Of a stretch of 32,120 nt of DNA, positions 26,590 through 32,120 are shown in pieces. A program made the translations under genes and the position numbers. The stretch's first letter is position 1. Every line of letters starts with the position of its first letter. The notes under the pieces were generated by a model that saw only the letters and a list, made by a program, of their open reading frames with translations, was not told the origin of the DNA and searched no databases. Source of the DNA: Woeseiaceae bacterium (GTDB lineage: Bacteria; Pseudomonadota; Gammaproteobacteria; Steroidobacterales; Woeseiaceae); contig JBFJQO010000001.1 of assembly GCA_041616535.1 (NCBI GenBank), positions 1 through 32,120 on the forward strand, written 5' to 3'.

Positions 26590-27458
26590 TGTCCGCCGTC
26601 CGAACGGTTCAGGTAGCGGAAGAATTCGTTACCCGGGTCGAGCACGAGTACATCACCTTCCTTGCCGATCGCGTTCTTGTACGCATTGATGCTTCGATAG
26701 AATGCGTAGAACTCGGGGTCCTTGTTATACGCCCTGGCATAGATATCGGCCGCCTTCGCGTCGCCTTCACCGCGGATAATCTGCCCCTGCCGACTCGCAT
26801 CGGCAATGATGACGGTACGGTTTTTTTCGGCCGTCGACGTAATCAGCGCCGCCGCCTCGCGTCCCTCGGCTCGCGTCTGCGTGGCAAGCTGCTGGCGCTC
26901 CGCGCGCATTTGTTCGTAGACCGACTCACGGACACGGGCAACAAACTCGACCTGCTTGACGCGAAAGTCGACGAGTTCGACGCCGAGACCCTCGGCGGTC
27001 GGCCGCGCAAGGGTCAGCATGTCGCGCATCAGCTCCATGCGTTCCACCGAGATCGCTTCGCGCGTCGTTCGTTTACCGAATTCGGTGACCACCGAGTTCT
27101 TGATGATCTCGCGCAAGCGCTCGACCGCAACCTGTTGCGAACCGCCCGTCGAGGTGTAGAAACTGACTTCATCGACGATGCGCCACTTGACGAAAAAGTC
27201 GACGGTCATGTTCTGGCGATCGAGCGTGAAGACTTCCTGCGGTGCATCGTCGATCTTGAGTATCCGCCGTGGGAACTTGCGCACTGTCTCGACAACCGGG
27301 ATCTTGAATTTCAGGCCCGGCTCGTACTGTGCCTGTCGAACCTCGCCAAAGCGCAGCTTGATGGCGAGTTCGCGCTCGTTAACGGTAAATGCCGAAAGAC
27401 CGATGATCACGAAGATCAGTCCGACGGCCAGGAAAAATCCAAATCGCGTGTTGTTCAT
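26586..27458 (-). CDS. hflC: Protease modulator HflC (SPFH/band-7)
   Basis: 290-aa ORF with one N-terminal TM, the SPFH domain and ERELAIKLRFGEV. The ATG overlaps the hflK stop (ATGA). Confidence 0.95.
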   Translation of the reverse strand: MNNTRFGFFLAVGLIFVIIGLSAFTVNERELAIKLRFGEVRQAQYEPGLKFKIPVVETVRKFPRRILKIDDAPQEVFTLDRQNMTVDFFVKWRIVDEVSFYTSTGGSQQVAVERLREIIKNSVVTEFGKRTTREAISVERMELMRDMLTLARPTAEGLGVELVDFRVKQVEFVARVRESVYEQMRAERQQLATQTRAEGREAAALITSTAEKNRTVIIADASRQGQIIRGEGDAKAADIYARAYNKDPEFYAFYRSINAYKNAIGKEGDVLVLDPGNEFFRYLNRSDGGQ

Positions 27459-28579
27459 TGACGGATCCTCCTTTCGCGCGGATCGGCGTTCTCTCGCGCG
27501 CCCGCGGACTCGCTTGGATTGGGCAACGAGGCGTCGCCGCCCGACTGCACCGCGGGCAACCGGATGCCCGAACGGTTCATGATCTCGTTGAGCGGCAGGT
27601 ACAGGAGGTTGCCGCCGCCGTCCGTGTCGATCAGCACCTTGGCCGCATCGCCATACACCGATTCGACGGCCTCGATATAGAGCCGGTCGCGAGTGACGCG
27701 CGGCGCTTTCTGGTATTCCGTCAGCAGCGCCTCGAACCTGGACGCTTCACCCTGGGCATCGGCAATGACCCGCTCCCGATAGGCCTCGGCGCCCTGCAGA
27801 ATGCGCTGGGCTTCGCCGCGAGCTTTCGGCACGATGTCGTTGGCATACCGCTCGGCCTCGAGCTGGTAGCGATCCTGATCGTTGCGCGCGCGCTGTGTAT
27901 CGGCCACGGCCTCCTCGACCGCGGACGGGTAATTGACCTTGTTGATGTTGATCGACGTCACCGTCAGCCCGGCGCCATAGACGTTCAGCGTGTCCTGTAA
28001 TTCCTCGATAGTCCGCGCCGGAATTTCCTCGCGGCGTTCGCCGATCAGGGACGCGAGGGAGCTCGTCCCCACGACACCGCGCAGCGCGCTCTCGGTAACG
28101 TCCTGCAGTGTCTGCTCCGGGTCCTCGACCTCGAAGCTGAACTTGACGGGGTCGGTGCGACGATACTGCACGGCAATATCGATGTAGACGTACCATTCGT
28201 CCGCCGTCAGCATTTCCGTCGAGTAGTTGAAGTCATTGACCTCTTCGATGTTGACGATATCGACGATTTCGATCGGAAATGGCAGGTGCCAGCGCAGACC
28301 CGGCATCGTCACGGGCTCGATATATTCGCCGAAGCGCTGCACGACGCCGCGTTCCGCCGCGTCGACGCGGTAGAGGCCGGTCAGCAGCCAGGCGCCGATG
28401 AGCAGCACGCCGAGCAGGATGCCGCCCGCGCCGCTGCCTCCGCCGCCACCACCACCGCCGAGGAGACTCGAGAATTTCTTCTGCCACTCCTTGGCAATCT
28501 GATCCAGATCAGCCGGTTCGTCCCCGTCGCGTTTCCACGGGTCCTTGCCGTTTCCGTTTTCATTCCAGGCCATAGTCAT
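27455..28579 (-). CDS. hflK: Protease modulator HflK (SPFH/band-7)
   Basis: 374-aa ORF. The N-terminus M(TM)AWNENGNGKDPWKRDG is typical of HflK, followed by a poly-Gly run, a TM and the SPFH domain. The third-codon ATG at 28573 (MAWNE...) may be the true start. Confidence 0.95.
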   Translation of the reverse strand: MTMAWNENGNGKDPWKRDGDEPADLDQIAKEWQKKFSSLLGGGGGGGGSGAGGILLGVLLIGAWLLTGLYRVDAAERGVVQRFGEYIEPVTMPGLRWHLPFPIEIVDIVNIEEVNDFNYSTEMLTADEWYVYIDIAVQYRRTDPVKFSFEVEDPEQTLQDVTESALRGVVGTSSLASLIGERREEIPARTIEELQDTLNVYGAGLTVTSININKVNYPSAVEEAVADTQRARNDQDRYQLEAERYANDIVPKARGEAQRILQGAEAYRERVIADAQGEASRFEALLTEYQKAPRVTRDRLYIEAVESVYGDAAKVLIDTDGGGNLLYLPLNEIMNRSGIRLPAVQSGGDASLPNPSESAGARENADPRERRIRQ

Positions 28580-29862
28580 TACTCATTTGCGGCGGGTGCC
28601 GGCTCGGGGAGGGGCACCGCGTCCAGTTGTTCGACGGCGAGGTTTTCAGTTTTCAGGAATCTCTGCAAGTCCTTTTCGGTCAGCCTGAGCTCGAGCACCC
28701 AGCCACCGTCCTCGAGATCCTCTTCACTAAGGACCGCACCAAGCTCGAATAGTTTGGCCCGCTGCCGGCCCTGCGACGCCTCGAGCCGGATAATCCGCTG
28801 CACGGTGCGCTTGCAAAGGCGGTTCGCAATGGCTTCCTTGAGCAGGTCCAGGCCCTCGCCCGTGATCGCCGAGATCCATACGGCGCGGCCTTCCCCGCCG
28901 CGATTGCTGGTGACACGCGGCTTACGATCGAGCTTGTCGATCTTGTTATAGACGCGAATCTGCGGCACCTGGTCGGCGTCGAGCTGCTGCAGGACCGAGT
29001 TGACCTGGCGCACCCGTTGCCAGCGGTTCGGGTCCGACGCGTCGATCAGGTGCAGGATCAGGTCGGCCTCGCGCGCCTCCTGCAGGGTCGACCTGAACGC
29101 CGCGATCAATTCGTGCGGCAGGTCGCGAACAAAGCCGACCGTGTCCGCGAGCACGACGTGCTCGCCGTCGGGCAGGTCGAGCCGCCGCACGGTCGGGTCG
29201 AGCGTCGCGAACAGCTGATCCTGCACGAACACGCCCGCGTCGGTCAGCGCGTTGAACAAGGTCGATTTGCCGGCATTCGTGTAGCCGACCAGCGCTACGG
29301 TGGGAATCTCGGCGCGCATGCGATTCGCGCGATTGATATTGCGTCGCGTATCCACGTGCTCGAGCCGCTCGGTGAGCTGCCGGATGCGCTTGCCGACGAG
29401 GCGGCGGTCTGTTTCGAGCTGGGTTTCGCCGGGACCGCGCAGGCCGATACCGCCCTTCTGGCGTTCAAGGTGGGTCCAGCCACGTACGAGACGCGTCGAC
29501 AGGTGCTTGAGCTGCGCGAGTTCCACCTGCAGCTTGCCTTCGAAACTGCGTGCGCGCTGCGCGAAGATGTCGAGAATCAGGCCGGCACGATCGAGCACGC
29601 GGCACCGCAGTGCTTTTTCGAGGTTGCGCTCCTGGCTCGGGCTGAGTGCGGCCGAGGAGATCACGAGTTCCGCGTCGTGCTCCTGGATCAGGGCCCGCAA
29701 TTCGTCGAGCTTGCCCTTGCCGATGAAGTACCGCGCATCCGGACTGCGACGCGACGACACGAGCTCGCCGACGAGCTCTGCGCCCGCGGACCGGGCCAGC
29801 TCGGCGAACTCCTCGCGTTCTGATTCGTCAGGTAATCCGTCGGGACTCGCGTGGACGAGCAC
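28579..29862 (-). CDS. hflX: GTPase HflX (coordinates run to the first canonical start, GTG; the true start is probably upstream, see finding)
   Basis: G1 GYTNAGKSTLFN, G3 DTVGF, G4 NKID, and the conserved HflX N-domain LQVELAQLKHL..RGPGETQLETDRR. In-frame homologous residues [12 protein letters not shown] precede the GTG. Confidence 0.93.
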   Translation of the reverse strand: MLVHASPDGLPDESEREEFAELARSAGAELVGELVSSRRSPDARYFIGKGKLDELRALIQEHDAELVISSAALSPSQERNLEKALRCRVLDRAGLILDIFAQRARSFEGKLQVELAQLKHLSTRLVRGWTHLERQKGGIGLRGPGETQLETDRRLVGKRIRQLTERLEHVDTRRNINRANRMRAEIPTVALVGYTNAGKSTLFNALTDAGVFVQDQLFATLDPTVRRLDLPDGEHVVLADTVGFVRDLPHELIAAFRSTLQEAREADLILHLIDASDPNRWQRVRQVNSVLQQLDADQVPQIRVYNKIDKLDRKPRVTSNRGGEGRAVWISAITGEGLDLLKEAIANRLCKRTVQRIIRLEASQGRQRAKLFELGAVLSEEDLEDGGWVLELRLTEKDLQRFLKTENLAVEQLDAVPLPEPAPAANE

Positions 29863-29896
29863 GGCGCGCTCGCCACTCTGCGGTCGTTCGAAGAAC

Positions 29897-30145
29897 TTAG
29901 TCGTCTTTATCTCCAGCGTCGTCGTCGGGCAGCGGCAGGCGCACGTTGCGCGACGGCACGACCGTCGAAATTGCGTGTTTGTAGACCATCTGGTTCACAC
30001 TGTTCTTCAGCAGGACCACAAACTGGTCAAATGAATCGACCTGCCCCTGCAACTTGATGCCGTTGACGAGGTAGATCGAGACAGGGACCTTCTCCTTACG
30101 CAAAATGTTGAGGAACGGGTCTTGCAGAGTTTGCCCTTTAGCCAT
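29897..30145 (-). CDS. hfq: RNA chaperone Hfq
   Basis: 82-aa [67 protein letters not shown] (Sm1 and Sm2 motifs). Confidence 0.98.
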   Translation of the reverse strand: MAKGQTLQDPFLNILRKEKVPVSIYLVNGIKLQGQVDSFDQFVVLLKNSVNQMVYKHAISTVVPSRNVRLPLPDDDAGDKDD

Positions 30146-30244
30146 ATTGGGTCTCCTTATTCTTATTCCAATCTTTGAGAACCGCGTCCCGGTGGCGCCG
30201 GGTTGCCCTCTCGCGGTCTTCAGCCTAAGCGTTAAAAAAGTCTA

Positions 30245-31171
30245 TCACAGGGACTGCGCCAGAAAAGCGGATATAGCATCGATCGCCCCGGCTTCAAGGG
30301 GGTTACAGATGAAAACATCCGTTTCCGAGCGCAGCCACGTGATCTGGCGCTTGGCGAGCTGGCGCGTCGCGTAGAGCGCGCGCGCCCGCGCCTCGTCGAG
30401 GCCGAATTCGCCGTCGAGGTACTGCCAGAACTGGCGATACCCGACTGCGCGCATCGACGGATGATCGCCCGTCAGGCCCTTACGCCCCCGCAGCCGCGCG
30501 ACTTCGTCGGCGAACCCCGCGTCCACCATGGCGTCGAGCCGTGCGGCGATGCGCTCGTGCAGCACGCTGCGCGGCTCGATGCTGAGGCCGATCTTGAGAT
30601 ATTGGATATCGTCGCGGTCCGGGGCTCGCTCGCCGTGCCATTCGGTCAGGGGCGTTCCGCTCGTATGCCAGACCTCGAGCGCACGCTGGATACGCTGCCG
30701 GTCGTTCGGCTTGATCCGCTCAGCCGCCGCAGGATCCACCTGCGCGAGTTCGGCGTGCATCGCCGGCCATCCCCGCTCCGCCGCCTCGGCATCGATCGCC
30801 TCGCGGACCTTTTCGTCCGCGCCCGGCAACTCGGCGATGCCCTCGGTCAGCGCCCGGAAGTACATCATCGTTCCGCCGACGAGCAGAGGAATCCGCCCGG
30901 TCGCGAAGATCGCGTCCATTTCACGGTACGCATCGCGCACGAAATCGCCCGCGGAATAGCTCTCCTCCGGGTCGCGGATATCGATGAGCCGGTGCGGCGT
31001 GCCTGCCAGCGTGTCCGCGTCGGGCTTGGCCGTACCGATGTCCATGCCGCGGTAGACCAGGGCCGAGTCGACGCTGACGACCTCACAGGGAAACCGCTTG
31101 CTCAGGCGAATCGCCAGATCGGTCTTGCCCGACGCCGTCGGGCCCATGAGCAGGATCGCGGTGTTCGGCAT
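30245..31171 (-). CDS. miaA: tRNA dimethylallyltransferase MiaA
   Basis: 308-aa ORF with the P-loop LMGPTASGKT, DSALVYRGMDIGTAKP, and a conserved position between mutL and hfq. Confidence 0.96.
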   Translation of the reverse strand: MPNTAILLMGPTASGKTDLAIRLSKRFPCEVVSVDSALVYRGMDIGTAKPDADTLAGTPHRLIDIRDPEESYSAGDFVRDAYREMDAIFATGRIPLLVGGTMMYFRALTEGIAELPGADEKVREAIDAEAAERGWPAMHAELAQVDPAAAERIKPNDRQRIQRALEVWHTSGTPLTEWHGERAPDRDDIQYLKIGLSIEPRSVLHERIAARLDAMVDAGFADEVARLRGRKGLTGDHPSMRAVGYRQFWQYLDGEFGLDEARARALYATRQLAKRQITWLRSETDVFICNPLEAGAIDAISAFLAQSL

Positions 31172-31180
31172 CGCGCGTGC

Positions 31181-32120
31181 TCAGCGCCCGCGCAGGAACA
31201 ACCGGTCCAGTTCGGACATCGTGATCGTCGTCCACGTCGGTCGGCCGTGGTTGCACTGGTCGGCTCGCTCGGTTGCTTCCATTTCACGGAGCAGCGCATT
31301 CATCTCGTCGATCGACAACAGCCGATTGGCGCGCACCGAGTGATGGCAGGCCATCGTCGCCAGCAACTCGTCGCTCTCATCGTCGATGCGGTTGCTGCGC
31401 CCGGATTCGGAAAGATCGGCCAGGACGTCCCGCAGCAGCGACCTGACGTCGGCATTGCGCAGCAGCGCCGGCACCTCGCGCACGAGCAGCGTCGTCGGGC
31501 CTGCGCGGTCGACGACGAGGCCGAGTTGCTCGAGCGCCTCCCCCGACGCTTCGACGAGACCGGCCTCGTTTTCCGCGACCGCAATCGATTCGGGGACGAG
31601 CAGCGGCTGGCGCACGAGGCTGCGATCGTCATAGCTCTTCTTGAGCTTTTCGTAGGTGATGCGTTCATGCGCCGCGTGCATGTCGACCACGACCAGGCCG
31701 TCCCGGTTCTCGGCCAGGATGTAGACCCCCGCGAGCTGCGCGATGGCGAAGCCGAGCGGCGGCACATCCGTGGCCTGGTCCGGCAGATCGGCCAGCGACG
31801 GGGCCGTCGCCATCGCGCGATAGGTCGCGAGCGTCTCACTCACGGCCGACGGCGAAGGCGCGTGCGGCAACGGCATCGAGCCCTGATCGAAGACGCGATC
31901 CCGCGTCATCGGGATCGGCGTGACTTCGTGGCCGCCGGGCCGCGTATCCCTGAGCGCAAATTCAATAGACTGCGCAACCACACCGTGCACGCGGCGGCCG
32001 TCGCGGAACCGGACCTCGTGCTTGGCCGGGTGGGCGTTCGCGTCGACGCCTTTCGGGTCCATCGTGATAGCGAGCACGTACGCGGGATACCGGCCGTGAA
32101 ACAGCACATCGCGGTAAGCA
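31181..32120 (-). CDS. mutL: DNA mismatch repair protein MutL (C-terminal ~310 aa; N-terminus beyond window)
   Basis: The frame is open to the window end. It contains DANAHPAKHEVRF (the end of the ATPase/transducer region) and the C-terminal dimerisation domain with QCNHGRPT. Confidence 0.95.
   Translation of the reverse strand, partial: AYRDVLFHGRYPAYVLAITMDPKGVDANAHPAKHEVRFRDGRRVHGVVAQSIEFALRDTRPGGHEVTPIPMTRDRVFDQGSMPLPHAPSPSAVSETLATYRAMATAPSLADLPDQATDVPPLGFAIAQLAGVYILAENRDGLVVVDMHAAHERITYEKLKKSYDDRSLVRQPLLVPESIAVAENEAGLVEASGEALEQLGLVVDRAGPTTLLVREVPALLRNADVRSLLRDVLADLSESGRSNRIDDESDELLATMACHHSVRANRLLSIDEMNALLREMEATERADQCNHGRPTWTTITMSELDRLFLRGR

Noticed and set aside
30146-30244. A nested GC-rich hairpin (ACCGCG...CCCGG-tggcg-CCGGG...CGCGGT) in the miaA-hfq spacer as a novel regulatory RNA.
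   Set aside because: Structured hfq 5' UTRs and promoters inside or after miaA are well known. Nothing here goes beyond an ordinary leader stem-loop, and no independent promoter and terminator pair is visible.

Overview
This is a 32.1-kb chromosomal window from a high-GC genome that looks gammaproteobacterial. I call 31 protein-coding genes (radA and mutL are cut by the window edges), one tRNA-Leu(CAG), and a few small regulatory or structural elements.

The backbone consists of two deeply conserved housekeeping arrays, both on the minus strand:
- radA, then alr-dnaB-rplI-(membrane protein)-rpsR-rpsF-rlmB-rnr, at about 0-13.4 kb.
- purA-yjeT-hflC-hflK-hflX-hfq-miaA-mutL, at 25.1-32.1 kb.

Two segments are not backbone:
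1. A three-gene Ser/Thr phospho-signalling module at 1476-5399, wedged between radA and alr-dnaB. It comprises a CHASE2-like sensor fused to a Hanks kinase, a PP2C phosphatase, and a protein with one FHA domain plus one degenerate FHA-like domain.
2. An ~11.5-kb block of 11 genes (13650-25134) between tRNA-Leu and purA, a junction that is tight in E. coli. Almost every product carries a signal peptide, lipobox or TM helices, and several act on lipids. The genes are an orphan FetB-like permease, NnrU, three lipoproteins (one a two-HKD phospholipase D), a small Cys/Arg-rich membrane protein, a membrane-anchored NERD protein, a patatin-OPT-2TM operon, and a choice-of-anchor-B/Calx-beta surface protein with a GlyGly-CTERM-like tail.

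I found no CRISPR array, transposase, integrase, phage genes, toxin-antitoxin pair or recognisable known defence system. The best candidates for something undescribed are the envelope/lipid block and its sub-modules (PLD plus small Cys-rich protein; patatin-OPT-2TM) and the CHASE2 kinase trio. All functional links between these genes are inference from architecture and adjacency only.

Smaller oddities:
- hflX and the yjeT-like gene both have homologous coding sequence upstream of any canonical start codon.
- S6 and L9 carry long acidic C-terminal extensions. The S6 extension is built on a 12-bp tandem repeat.
- Two divergent intergenic regions contain repeat or palindrome structures.

Many long ORFs in the supplied track are antisense or out-of-frame artefacts of the high GC content and were rejected.
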